64,000 bases of DNA from contig NZ_QPID01000006.1 in assembly GCF_003336225.1 (NCBI RefSeq), positions 104,207-168,206 of the forward strand. The letters run 5' to 3'. Shown piece by piece: positions 29,149-38,549 of this stretch. Made by a program: the position numbers and the translations under genes. Position 1 is the stretch's first letter, and each line of letters starts with the position of its first letter. The notes under the pieces are model-generated. The model was not told the origin of the DNA, searched no databases, and saw only the letters and a list, made by a program, of their open reading frames with translations. This stretch comes from Corallincola holothuriorum. GTDB taxonomy: Bacteria; Pseudomonadota; Gammaproteobacteria; Enterobacterales; Neiellaceae.

Positions 29149-29577
29149 TTATTCGGCTGCAGGGTGACGGGCAATTTGATCTTCACACGCTTCGGCAACG
29201 GTTAATACGTTATCTGCCAAGCTAGTGAGTTCCAGCATTACGTTTTCTATGGTTGATGTCGCACTCAGCGCACCAAATAGGACGTAATGGTCCTCGCCGT
29301 TAATGGTTTCAATGGCAACGGTAGAAAGCGGCAGGTACTTATGGTTGCGAAGGAACTCATCGTTCAACGCTACCTTGTCCTTAACTACTGCAACCGGAAA
29401 CAATACAGACTCCATCAACATCTGATCTTCAGAGATGCTGATAACGACGGGCAGGTCACCCTGCTCATGCATGGTGGCTGCCAAGCAGTCGCCTACCAAA
29501 GATACAGTTACCTCTCCAGAAGTAATCGCATCAAGTTCGTACATCGCGTCTAATAAAGTTTGTGTAGTCCAGCTCAT
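29149..29577 (-). CDS. DUF2170-family protein (YjfI-like)
   Basis: 142 aa acidic protein at the head of the cluster, in the position yjfI occupies in E. coli. Confidence 0.5.
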   Translation of the reverse strand: MSWTTQTLLDAMYELDAITSGEVTVSLVGDCLAATMHEQGDLPVVISISEDQMLMESVLFPVAVVKDKVALNDEFLRNHKYLPLSTVAIETINGEDHYVLFGALSATSTIENVMLELTSLADNVLTVAEACEDQIARHPAAE

Positions 29578-29769
29578 GATTCACTCCGTGTTATGGGTGC
29601 TGGCGAACCAGCCACTTAAGGATGTTCTCAAAAATAATAAATGTCAACTATATTCAACATTTGTTTTGTTTTGTTGCTTTTTGGTTCGTATTGACCAATA
29701 CTCATATCATTCACAATATGTAATGATTGAGCGCGCAAACATGCGTGATGAAATTACTAAGGAAACACT

Positions 29770-30036
29770 ATGACAACAGATACGCCTCCTGCGTTCGATT
29801 CTGTTATTAAACGCCTGGTGAGAACCATGATGGCGCAAAGTGGTATGACGTACGCTGAACTGAGTAAACAGTTATACCTGCAGTTCGGAACGACACAGTT
29901 GGACAATAATCTGAGGTCGAAGGTTAACAAAGGCAAGATGTCTGCGGATCTTTTTATTCAAATTTTGTCTGTGTGCAAGTTTTCGGTGTCACCTGAGATA
30001 GTTAAGCAGGTGATAGAAGCCACCCAGTCGCAATAA
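29770..30036 (+). CDS. Small putative helix-turn-helix DNA-binding protein
   Basis: AAGGAAA Shine-Dalgarno plus ATG. 88 aa containing an HTH-like segment (MTYAELSKQLYLQFG). It is the first gene of the plus-strand block. Confidence 0.35.
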   Translation: MTTDTPPAFDSVIKRLVRTMMAQSGMTYAELSKQLYLQFGTTQLDNNLRSKVNKGKMSADLFIQILSVCKFSVSPEIVKQVIEATQSQ

Positions 30037-30180
30037 TTTGTTTCATTTTTTAGTCATAGAATAATGTTGATCTAGGCCGCTTCTTTAGCAAAAGCCTAAC
30101 AAAAAGGTGGAGGCTATCGGTTAGTATGTCGGCTTGTTTTTTATCTCCCGCTTGTATCAAGCAGAGGGGAATAATTAATA

Positions 30181-30233
30181 CATACATGATGTATGTGAAT
30201 GGATAGTTGTTTCATAAGCACGCGTGTTTATGA
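30181..30233 (+). promoter_or_regulatory. Two inverted repeats upstream of the yqiJ-like gene (candidate operator sites)
   Basis: catacat-g-atgtatg at 30181..30195 is a perfect 7-bp inverted repeat with a 1-nt spacer. tcataagcacg/cgtgtttatga at 30212..30233 is an 11-bp inverted repeat with one mismatch. They lie 40-90 nt upstream of the ATG at 30271. Confidence 0.35.
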
Positions 30234-30270
30234 GTAGGTCGCCTGACGGCCTCCAAAGGAAGGAGTACAT

Positions 30271-30915
30271 ATGGATGTTTTCTTAGCGCACCTGATTCAA
30301 TTTCCCACGGTTATTTACACCGTTTTACTCGGTGTCATGCTCTGCTATTGGTTTGTTGCCGCATTGGGCACCGTTGATGTTGACGTATTAGATATCGACA
30401 TTGATGTTGATGCGGATGTCGGCGCCCTAGAAGGTTTTGCCGGATTGCTACTGAGATTGGGGTTGGCGGGTGTGCCTTTAACTGTCGTGCTGACAGTGAT
30501 TGCACTCACAGGTTGGAGTATCTGCTACTTCTCCATGTTGCTGGTGATTAATCCTTTGTTTTCGTTCTCTGGTGTATTGCAGTGGGTATTAGGTGCCGGT
30601 GTAGCCATGGTGGCTTTTGTTGCCTCCATTTTTATCGCCGCGCAAATCGTTAAGCCTCTGCGACCTTTGTTTAAGTCAGCGAATGCGACATCTACCAACG
30701 ATTTGGTGGGTTCAAAAGTAGTTATACGCACCTCAAAAGTGACTCCTACATTTGGCGAAGCCACATTGGAAGATGGTGGCGCGGGCATGGTATTGCGCGT
30801 GCGGGCCGACGAAACTCAAAACTTAACTCGCGGCGATATTGTCGTGATCCTCGAATACCTGCCGGAAACACATGCCTATCGCGTGATGACCGAGGCAGAA
30901 CTGTTTAAGCAATAA
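30271..30915 (+). CDS. YqiJ/NfeD-like inner membrane protein with C-terminal OB-fold domain (flotillin partner)
   Basis: GGAAGGAG Shine-Dalgarno. 4 TM helices, then a soluble beta-rich C-terminus (GSKVVIRTSKV...GDIVVILEY). The architecture and the downstream flotillin mirror E. coli yqiJK. Confidence 0.6.
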   Translation: MDVFLAHLIQFPTVIYTVLLGVMLCYWFVAALGTVDVDVLDIDIDVDADVGALEGFAGLLLRLGLAGVPLTVVLTVIALTGWSICYFSMLLVINPLFSFSGVLQWVLGAGVAMVAFVASIFIAAQIVKPLRPLFKSANATSTNDLVGSKVVIRTSKVTPTFGEATLEDGGAGMVLRVRADETQNLTRGDIVVILEYLPETHAYRVMTEAELFKQ

Positions 30916-30970
30916 CTCAATTTAGAAACCAATTTTCGTACAAATTTAATTTGAAAAAGGAATATTCAAT

Positions 30971-33031
30971 ATGCCTATAGATATGGGTCTAGCAATGGGT
31001 GTACTTACCATCATCGGTGTTATTTTTGGCGTCATATTCGTACTTGCGATGATGTTTAAAGCGTTTTACGAGAAAGTGCCCCAAGGAACAGCGTTGATTG
31101 TGAATGACATGAGTTCAACGCCAAAGGTGAAGTTCACCGGCGGTATGGTGATCCCCGTTATCCACAAGAAAGAGCTGATGAAGATCTCTTTAATCACTCT
31201 GGAAGTGGATCGAAGAGGACGTGATGGTTTGATCTGCCGCGACAATATGCGTGCGGACATTACCGTGGCTTTCTACCTGCGCGTTAATGAAACCCAGGAA
31301 GATGTATTGAAGGTCGCTAAGGCGATTGGCGTAGAGCGTGCGTCTGACAAAGCGGCGGTGAATGAGTTGTTTAACGCCAAGTTCTCCGAAGCGCTGAAAA
31401 CCGTCGGTAAGCAGATTGAGTTTGTACGTTTGTTTGAAGATCGTCTGACCTTCCGTGAAAAGATTGTTGAGGTGATTGGTGATGATCTTAACGGTTACAT
31501 TCTTGAAGATGTTGCCATCGATTACTTAGAACAAACACCAAAGAGTGCCTTAGATCCTACCAATATTTTGGATGCTCAGGGCATACGAAAAATTACCGAG
31601 CTGACGGCAACTCAGAACGTGCAAACCAACGAGTTTGAGCGTAATGAAGAGTTGGCGATCACCAAGAAAAACGTGGAGACCAAAGAGTCTATGTTGGCGT
31701 TAGAGCGTCAACAAGCGGATGCCGAAGCGCGCCAGGCTCGAGAAATAGCCACGATCCAAGCCCGTGAAGAAGCTGAAACCATTAAGGTCAGTGAAGAGGA
31801 GCGTCTGCGTTCTGAGCAAGCTCGTATTAAGACGCAGCAGGATCTTGATATTCAGGAAGAGAATCGTAAGCGTGAAGTAGAGATTGCGGTCGAAAATCGT
31901 CAGCGTGCCGTAGTGATTGAGAAAGAAAAAGTAACGCGGGCGCAGGATCTGGAAGTGGTCTCCCGCGAGCGTGAAGTTGAGCTTGAGCGTATCGCCAAAG
32001 AAAAAGACCTGGAAGTTGAGCGTACCAATATTGCTAACGTGACCCGTGAGCGTGTGGCAGTAGAGAAAACAGTGGCTGAAGAGGAGGAGCGTATTAAAGA
32101 GGTGCGTGAAATCTCAGAAGCTGACCGCTCTAAGCAGGTGTTGATCTTAGAGGCGCAGGCGCAAGCCGAAGAGGAGCTGGTTAAGCAGGTTAAGCAGGCC
32201 GAAGCCGATGAAACCAAAGCCAAGCATAAAGCCGTTGAACTGAATGTACTGGCGCAAGCTGAACTGGAAGCGGCAGCGAAGAAAGCCGATGCGATGAAAC
32301 GTATGGCTGAAGGTATTGAAGCGGAACGTGCGGCGCCAGGGTTTGCTGATGCCCGTGTGCAGGAAGCAAAAGCAGAAGCACTTGAGAAAGAAGGTGCTGC
32401 TGAAGCACAAGTACTCGCGAAGAAGATGGAAGCTCAGGCCCAAGGTGATGAGCAGCAAGGGTTGGCGAAAGCCCGTGTGATTGAAGCGCAAGCGATTGCC
32501 AAAGAGAAAGAGGGGCTGGCCGAAGCCAAGGTGCTGGAAGAGAAGCTGGGTGCCCAAGCCAAAGGCGACGAACAGCAAGGTCTCGCAGAAGCCGCCGCAG
32601 AAAAAGAGAAAGGTTTGGTGGCTGCCACAGTTATTCGCGAGAAATTGACCGCAGAAGCTGAAGGTTTAGTGGATAAGTTCAAGGCGATGGATGCTATGAG
32701 CGATCAGGCGCGCAGCCACGAAGAGTTCCGTATGCAGCTTGAGAAGCAGTTTGAAGAAGCGATTGCGTCTATCGGCGCGAGCAAAGAGATCGCCAAAGAG
32801 CAGGCTGAAGTTCTGTCTGCTGCGTTGTCGAATGCCAATATCGACATCGTTGGCGGTCAGGGCGAGTTCTTTGATTCGTTCGCCAAGTCTCTGTCTGTTG
32901 GTAAATCAGTTGAAGGGATCGTGGGTAAAAGCCCCGTGGTGCAGGAGCTGTTAAGTAAGGTGATGGCGCTGGGTGGCGGGAAAGGGGGCAAGAAACCTTC
33001 TAGCTCAACCTCATCAACCGATCTGTTGTAA
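30971..33031 (+). CDS. Flotillin / SPFH (band-7) family protein, YqiK-like
   Basis: N-terminal TM helix and SPFH domain (VPQGTALIVN...). Long EA-rich coiled coil with internal flotillin-type repeats (EGLAEAKVLEEKLGAQAKGDEQQGLAEA appears twice). Confidence 0.85.
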   Translation: MPIDMGLAMGVLTIIGVIFGVIFVLAMMFKAFYEKVPQGTALIVNDMSSTPKVKFTGGMVIPVIHKKELMKISLITLEVDRRGRDGLICRDNMRADITVAFYLRVNETQEDVLKVAKAIGVERASDKAAVNELFNAKFSEALKTVGKQIEFVRLFEDRLTFREKIVEVIGDDLNGYILEDVAIDYLEQTPKSALDPTNILDAQGIRKITELTATQNVQTNEFERNEELAITKKNVETKESMLALERQQADAEARQAREIATIQAREEAETIKVSEEERLRSEQARIKTQQDLDIQEENRKREVEIAVENRQRAVVIEKEKVTRAQDLEVVSREREVELERIAKEKDLEVERTNIANVTRERVAVEKTVAEEEERIKEVREISEADRSKQVLILEAQAQAEEELVKQVKQAEADETKAKHKAVELNVLAQAELEAAAKKADAMKRMAEGIEAERAAPGFADARVQEAKAEALEKEGAAEAQVLAKKMEAQAQGDEQQGLAKARVIEAQAIAKEKEGLAEAKVLEEKLGAQAKGDEQQGLAEAAAEKEKGLVAATVIREKLTAEAEGLVDKFKAMDAMSDQARSHEEFRMQLEKQFEEAIASIGASKEIAKEQAEVLSAALSNANIDIVGGQGEFFDSFAKSLSVGKSVEGIVGKSPVVQELLSKVMALGGGKGGKKPSSSTSSTDLL

Positions 33032-33128
33032 GCCCTATGGCAAGCGTCTTTGTGCGGAGTTAAATCCGCATTAGGACGGTCAATATGGCTGGCCAGTTTC
33101 ACCTGACGTCTCAGGAACACATCATGGG

Positions 33129-36100
33129 ATGTCAGGGTGGCCAAACTGTTTCGACAGCACGCAGGGAGTACACAGGGTGCAGGATAAAAACCAAGATAAA
33201 CAAGGCGCTGAAGCCGGTATCGTTGATAAGGCGGTGACTGAAGGTGGCGCTTATGAAGTGATCCGTAAGCGCTTGGAAGGGCAAGGGAAGCAGCTTCGAG
33301 AAGAAGTCGATGCCCTTAACCAGTCACGTATCAGTGAGTTTGGTAGTACCGAAATGAAAGTGCTGGGGCGTTTGCGTACCCGCACGGAAAATAACTGTAT
33401 TGCCCAGGATATCGTCTGCGTTGGCGAACACCTGCTGTTTGGCTTCAACGTGTTTATGGGGCTAAAAAAAGAGACTCACATCAGTGATGTATTTGCCCTC
33501 TATCATTTCCAAAAAACTGCTGATGGCTTTGATTTAGAGCCCGCGCGCAGTGACGATACGTTTTTGGCCAATGCAGCCTTTGTGCGTGAGTTTAATGAAC
33601 TGTACGCCTATTACAAAAATACTCGTTTGTCGCAGCTGGTGGTCAAAGATGGCAAGTTACTAGCCAGCTTCCAGATCGGCGAACGGGAAGAAGATATTCG
33701 TGTGTTTCGTTGGTCGATCAGTGCAGATGGCAAACGTGTAGAGTATATCGACAACCGTGGTGAGCGTGATATCGCCTTGCCATCGGCTTATGATTTTGAA
33801 TGGCAGGCAACCAGTCGTGAGAATGCTGTTCATGGTAAACATCCACACCTGAATATTCTCGATACCCTGTTTGTGGAAACGGTCGGTGGTGATCTGACCG
33901 TTAAGATAGAAGACAACACCGCGTCCGGAGAGGGGATCTACGCCGAAGCTGTGGTGGATCAGACCCAGTCGCTGGATGACGCCGATGTGTTTTATGCCGA
34001 GGTCGGCCACCTGATACTGCTAAAAATCTTGCCTTATCGAGAAGAGACCTGGCGCTACTTGTTATTTAACAAGCTGACCCATGAAGTGTTGCGTGTCGAT
34101 GCTATTGGTCAGGCATGTCGGCTGTTGCCGGAAAATCACGGCATTATTTTCCCTGGCGGCATTTATCTGGAATCAGGCGGGCTTAAACTGTTTGATGAAG
34201 ACATGACTGGCATGCGTTTCCGTCGTGTGCGCCGTTCGCCCAATGGCGAAGATGCCATGTATGTGTTCTACAACCCTGAGAACGCAACGATCGCCTTGTT
34301 TGCGTACAACCTGATTGAGAAAAGCCTGCAGGTGCCGTTACTTGGCCATGGTTACGCCATGCTCGATGATGGCACCATGGTGATTTTCTATGCCGAAGGG
34401 GATGAGCCAACCCGCGTGCATCCGATGCAGGTTTGGGAAACGCCCTATTGCAGTGATGAGCACGCCAGTAAAGCACCGGTGAAAGACAGCGTCTATGGCC
34501 GCATTGGCAATGCTGAATTAGTGCGTGCTATTTCCGATTTTTACAGTGTATGCCGTGCCGTGGATGAGCAATCCGTGTCGGCGCGTTTATATGATGAACT
34601 GTGCAAAAATACCTTGCGCCTGTTTGATAGCTACTACTGGTTGGACAATCAGGAAGTACAGGGGATCTCAGATCTGCTACACGAGATTGCCAAAACCAGT
34701 GAACTGGTGCTGGATGAGTTTGAAAAAGTAGAAAGTATTCGTCAGCAGTCAGAGTTGGCAATGGCTGAGGCGGAACAACAGCAAAAAGCGCTGCTCAAAT
34801 CGATGAATGTCGATAGTTGGCACAGCGCTGAAGCTTTTGTTGATGCCCTCGACAGCATTCGCAAACTGCGCGGTCACTTACTGACGATCCGTGACTACCG
34901 CTATATCAATACCTCACGTATTGATGAGATGGAGCAGCAGCTACAAGAAACCGGTGACAAGATATCACTGAAGACCGGCGAATTTCTCTCTTCAGCTGAA
35001 GCCATTGCCCCCTACCATGATCGTCTAGGGACGCTGGAGCAGGCGCTAGCCGATGCGAATTCGATTGTAGAGCTGGAGGCACCTGTCGCCGGACTCGAAA
35101 AGATGGCTTCAGAGCTGGATCTGCTATCTGAGCTGATGACCAGCCTGAAAGTGGATGACGCACAGCAGCGTACCGCCATTGTTGAGGCGATCTCTGAGGT
35201 TTACGCCAAGTTAAATCAGAGCCGTGCCCGTGCCGGACACAAGCAAAAAGAGCTCGGCTCGGCAGAAGCTGTGGCTGAGTTTTCCGCGTCGTTTAAGTTG
35301 TTTTCTCAAGGTATTACCAATGCCCTGAGTGCGGCCACCACGCCGGAGAAGTGTGATGAGCAGCTGACGCGCTTGCTGGTGCAGCTAGAAGAGCTGGAGA
35401 GCCAGTTCAGTGAGCATGACGAGTTCTTGGCCGATATTCTTTCCAAGCGGGAAGAAGTTTACGAAAGCTTTGAGGCGCAGAAACAAGCGCTACTTGATGA
35501 GCGCCAGCGCAAGGCACAGAACCTGCAGGATGCCGCCAGCCGTATTCTCAGTAACATTCAAAAACGGGTACAGCGTTTCACCGAGCCTGATGAACTGAAC
35601 AGCTTTTATGCCGCCGATCCGCTGGTGATGAAAGTACGGGAGATCAGCGAGCAGTTGCGCGGACTCGATGATCAGGTGAAAGCCGATGATATCGATGCTC
35701 GTTTTAAGATGGGTAAAGATCAGGCGCTGAAATCGCTGCGAGATAAGAGCGAGATCTATGAAGAGGGCGGTAACGTCATCAAGCTGGGACCACGGCACAA
35801 ATTTAGTGTGAATACCCAGCCGCTAGATATCACTATCTTACCGCGTAATAACCAGCTTAATTTCCACCTCACCGGTACCGACTATTTCGAGCCAGTAGAA
35901 GATAAGCGGCTGGCTGAATTGAGCCAATACTGGCAGGCGGATATCGAATCTGAATCTGCTGAGATCTACCGCGCTGAATATCTGGCTGGATTGATCCTCG
36001 ATAGCGCTGATATGCATGAGCATGGCCTTACACCAGAGTTACTAAGCAGCGCTGCCAGTGAGCAAGAGGCGCTGGTTAAGATCGCCAGAGAGTTTGCTGC

Positions 36101-38549
36101 GCCAAGATATAAAGAGGGCTATCAGAAAGGGGTTCATGACCATGATGCTGCGCTGATCCTGGCCAAAGTGTTGCCTTTACGGCAAAGCGTCGGCCTGTTG
36201 CGGTTTGATCCGCTGAGTCGTGGTTTAGCGATTATCTTTTGGGCTAACAATCAGCAACAAGCTTGGGCGAAAAGCTGCCCACAGCGGGCACGCTCGGCAT
36301 TGACTATGCAAACCCTGTTTGCCAGTGGCGAAGCACTCGTTTTACTGGAACAGGAGCTGCTGAGTCAGCTGAATAGCTATCTTGAATTGCATACCATTCC
36401 GGTCAGCCAGAGCGACTGCCAACGTGCGGTGAGCTATTTGGTGCGTGAGCTGGCCAACGACAGGGTGGAGTTTGAAACCAGTAAGTACGCCCGTCAGTTG
36501 GCAGATGAGCTAAAGCAGTCTCTTAAAGCTGGCAAAGCGCTGCGCACATTTGAAGAAGCATTGCAGCAGTTGGTTGGCAAAGCGGGGGAGCGCTGGGCGT
36601 TAACCTACAGCTGGTTAACCGCGATGTTAGCCAGTAAGAAAGCAGGCGCCGCGGATACAGCGGAGGCATTAGCCGCCTACGTTCCTGAAGCCGTGGCGAT
36701 CATTAACGCCGAAGAGAGAGTTTCCCGTCGTCACAGCGAAGCGGATCTTAATTTCAGTGTGGATGGCCTCTTGGGTGAACATAGCCGCATTGACAGTCAG
36801 TCACTGCAGTTGCGCTTGGATAGCTTCCTAACCAACTATCAGCTGCACAGAGATCAGTTTGTGCCGGCCTATCATGAGTACCTCAATACGCGACAGCAGG
36901 TGATCAGCGATCGTCGTAAACAATTAAAGCTGCATGAATTTGTTTCGCGACCACTTAGTTCATTTGTTCGTAACCAGCTGATTAATCAAGTTTACCTACC
37001 AATTATTGGCGATAACTTGGCGAAACAGATGGGCACCGTGGGCGAAAACAAGCGCACCGACTTAATGGGCTTGTTGATGATGATCTCGCCGCCCGGTTAC
37101 GGTAAAACCACGTTGATGGAGTATGTGGCGAACCGGCTGGGTTTGATCTTTATGAAGATCAACTGTCCGTCGCTGGGGCATGAAGTGGATTCATTGGATC
37201 CAACGCAAGCGCCCAACGCTACCGCGAAGCAGGAGCTGGAGAAGCTCAACCTGGCGCTGGAGATGGGCAATAACGTGATGCTGTATCTTGATGATATTCA
37301 GCATACCCACCCCGAGTTCTTGCAGAAATTTATCTCCTTGTGTGACGGTACCCGTCGTATTGAGGGGGTATGGCGTAACGAATCAAAAACCTACGATATG
37401 CGCGGCAAGAAATTCTGTGTGGTGATGGCGGGCAACCCATACACTGAATCCGGCGAAGTGTTTAAGATCCCCGACATGTTGGCGAACCGTGCCGATATCT
37501 ACAACTTAGGTGAGGTGCTTGGCGGCATGGAAGCGCCGTTTGCACTGAGCTATATCGAAAACAGTCTGACCTCGAATCAGGTGCTGCAACCGCTAGCAAC
37601 CCGAGATATGCAGGATCTGTATCGCTTTGCCAAAATGGTAGAAACCGACACCATCAATACCAATGACCTTAGCCATAGTTATAGTGGCGCCGAGGTTAAT
37701 GAGATCCTGGATGTGCTGCGTAAATTGATGGTGGTGCGTGATGTGCTGCTGAAAGTAAACAAGCAATACATCGTTAGTGCCTCCCAGGCGGAAAAATACC
37801 GTACCGAGCCCGCGTTTAAGTTGCAGGGTTCATACCGCAACATGAACAAGATGGCGGAGAAGATCTCGGCGGTGATGAACGACGCCGAGCTAAAACAGGT
37901 GATTGCTGATCATTATCTCGGAGAGGCACAACTACTTACCGGCGGGGCGGAAGAGAACCTATTAAAACTGGGTGAAATGCGCGGCACACATACTGATGCA
38001 GAAGCGGCTCGTTGGCAGCAGATCAAGGCCGACTTTGCCCGTAGTAAAGCGATGGGCGGCGACGATGCCGATACTGGCATGCAGGTGGTTGGACAACTGC
38101 ACGACTTAGTTAGCAGCGTAAAAGGCGCGGCAGAACTGATGGTCAATAAGCCGGAAGTTGCGGATAGCGGTAGCGAGCAAACCTCACAAGCGATCGTTCA
38201 GTTGTCAAAAGAGCTGTCTCAGGCACAACAAGCGGCTAGCGATCGTCATATTGAAGTGGTTGAAGCACAGCACTCGGCATCCCGTGCCAAGTTCAATAAG
38301 TCGGCCCGCGCTTTTCTGACGTTGTCGAAGGTGTTCGCCAAAGCGTTATCCCGTGTTGAAGTGGTGAATCAGCCCATTCCTGGGTTAGAAAATCAGCTGG
38401 CGACGCTAACTCAGAGCTTGCAAACCATTGCTCACTCGTTGGCGCCAGATGATAACGATCAGATCCAGATCTTGTTGCGTAATATTGGCAAGTTGGAGCA
38501 TGAATTAGCCGCGCTTAAAGGCGGTAAGCAGAGTGCAGAGGATGCATGA
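33129..38549 (+). CDS. Giant multidomain protein (1806 aa) with a C-terminal-proximal AAA+ ATPase module; function unknown
   Basis: Approximate architecture: aa 1-480 beta-rich, 480-1300 alpha-helical, ~1320-1480 AAA+, then a ~300 aa helical tail. Walker A ISPPGYGKTT, Walker B VMLYLDDIQH, sensor-1 VVMAGNPY and RADIY are contiguous, which is AAA+ and not an SMC/ABC layout. An alternative in-frame GTG start at 33177 follows an AGGGAG Shine-Dalgarno. Confidence 0.7.
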   Translation: MSGWPNCFDSTQGVHRVQDKNQDKQGAEAGIVDKAVTEGGAYEVIRKRLEGQGKQLREEVDALNQSRISEFGSTEMKVLGRLRTRTENNCIAQDIVCVGEHLLFGFNVFMGLKKETHISDVFALYHFQKTADGFDLEPARSDDTFLANAAFVREFNELYAYYKNTRLSQLVVKDGKLLASFQIGEREEDIRVFRWSISADGKRVEYIDNRGERDIALPSAYDFEWQATSRENAVHGKHPHLNILDTLFVETVGGDLTVKIEDNTASGEGIYAEAVVDQTQSLDDADVFYAEVGHLILLKILPYREETWRYLLFNKLTHEVLRVDAIGQACRLLPENHGIIFPGGIYLESGGLKLFDEDMTGMRFRRVRRSPNGEDAMYVFYNPENATIALFAYNLIEKSLQVPLLGHGYAMLDDGTMVIFYAEGDEPTRVHPMQVWETPYCSDEHASKAPVKDSVYGRIGNAELVRAISDFYSVCRAVDEQSVSARLYDELCKNTLRLFDSYYWLDNQEVQGISDLLHEIAKTSELVLDEFEKVESIRQQSELAMAEAEQQQKALLKSMNVDSWHSAEAFVDALDSIRKLRGHLLTIRDYRYINTSRIDEMEQQLQETGDKISLKTGEFLSSAEAIAPYHDRLGTLEQALADANSIVELEAPVAGLEKMASELDLLSELMTSLKVDDAQQRTAIVEAISEVYAKLNQSRARAGHKQKELGSAEAVAEFSASFKLFSQGITNALSAATTPEKCDEQLTRLLVQLEELESQFSEHDEFLADILSKREEVYESFEAQKQALLDERQRKAQNLQDAASRILSNIQKRVQRFTEPDELNSFYAADPLVMKVREISEQLRGLDDQVKADDIDARFKMGKDQALKSLRDKSEIYEEGGNVIKLGPRHKFSVNTQPLDITILPRNNQLNFHLTGTDYFEPVEDKRLAELSQYWQADIESESAEIYRAEYLAGLILDSADMHEHGLTPELLSSAASEQEALVKIAREFAAPRYKEGYQKGVHDHDAALILAKVLPLRQSVGLLRFDPLSRGLAIIFWANNQQQAWAKSCPQRARSALTMQTLFASGEALVLLEQELLSQLNSYLELHTIPVSQSDCQRAVSYLVRELANDRVEFETSKYARQLADELKQSLKAGKALRTFEEALQQLVGKAGERWALTYSWLTAMLASKKAGAADTAEALAAYVPEAVAIINAEERVSRRHSEADLNFSVDGLLGEHSRIDSQSLQLRLDSFLTNYQLHRDQFVPAYHEYLNTRQQVISDRRKQLKLHEFVSRPLSSFVRNQLINQVYLPIIGDNLAKQMGTVGENKRTDLMGLLMMISPPGYGKTTLMEYVANRLGLIFMKINCPSLGHEVDSLDPTQAPNATAKQELEKLNLALEMGNNVMLYLDDIQHTHPEFLQKFISLCDGTRRIEGVWRNESKTYDMRGKKFCVVMAGNPYTESGEVFKIPDMLANRADIYNLGEVLGGMEAPFALSYIENSLTSNQVLQPLATRDMQDLYRFAKMVETDTINTNDLSHSYSGAEVNEILDVLRKLMVVRDVLLKVNKQYIVSASQAEKYRTEPAFKLQGSYRNMNKMAEKISAVMNDAELKQVIADHYLGEAQLLTGGAEENLLKLGEMRGTHTDAEAARWQQIKADFARSKAMGGDDADTGMQVVGQLHDLVSSVKGAAELMVNKPEVADSGSEQTSQAIVQLSKELSQAQQAASDRHIEVVEAQHSASRAKFNKSARAFLTLSKVFAKALSRVEVVNQPIPGLENQLATLTQSLQTIAHSLAPDDNDQIQILLRNIGKLEHELAALKGGKQSAEDA

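Noticed and set aside
31900-32954. Antisense and alternate-frame ORFs (31900..32223, 32147..32578, 32190..32408, 32434..32682, 32739..32954) over the flotillin EA-repeat region
   Set aside because: They overlap a well-supported flotillin coding frame. Alanine/glutamate-rich GC-biased repeats generate open frames on both strands.
33129-38549. Calling the giant protein SbcC/SMC-like because of its length and Q/E/L-rich helical middle
   Set aside because: The Walker A, Walker B and sensor-1 motifs are contiguous within ~110 aa near residue 1320-1430 (AAA+ layout). It lacks the N-terminal Walker A, C-terminal signature and Walker B split, and the hinge or zinc hook, of SMC/Rad50 proteins.
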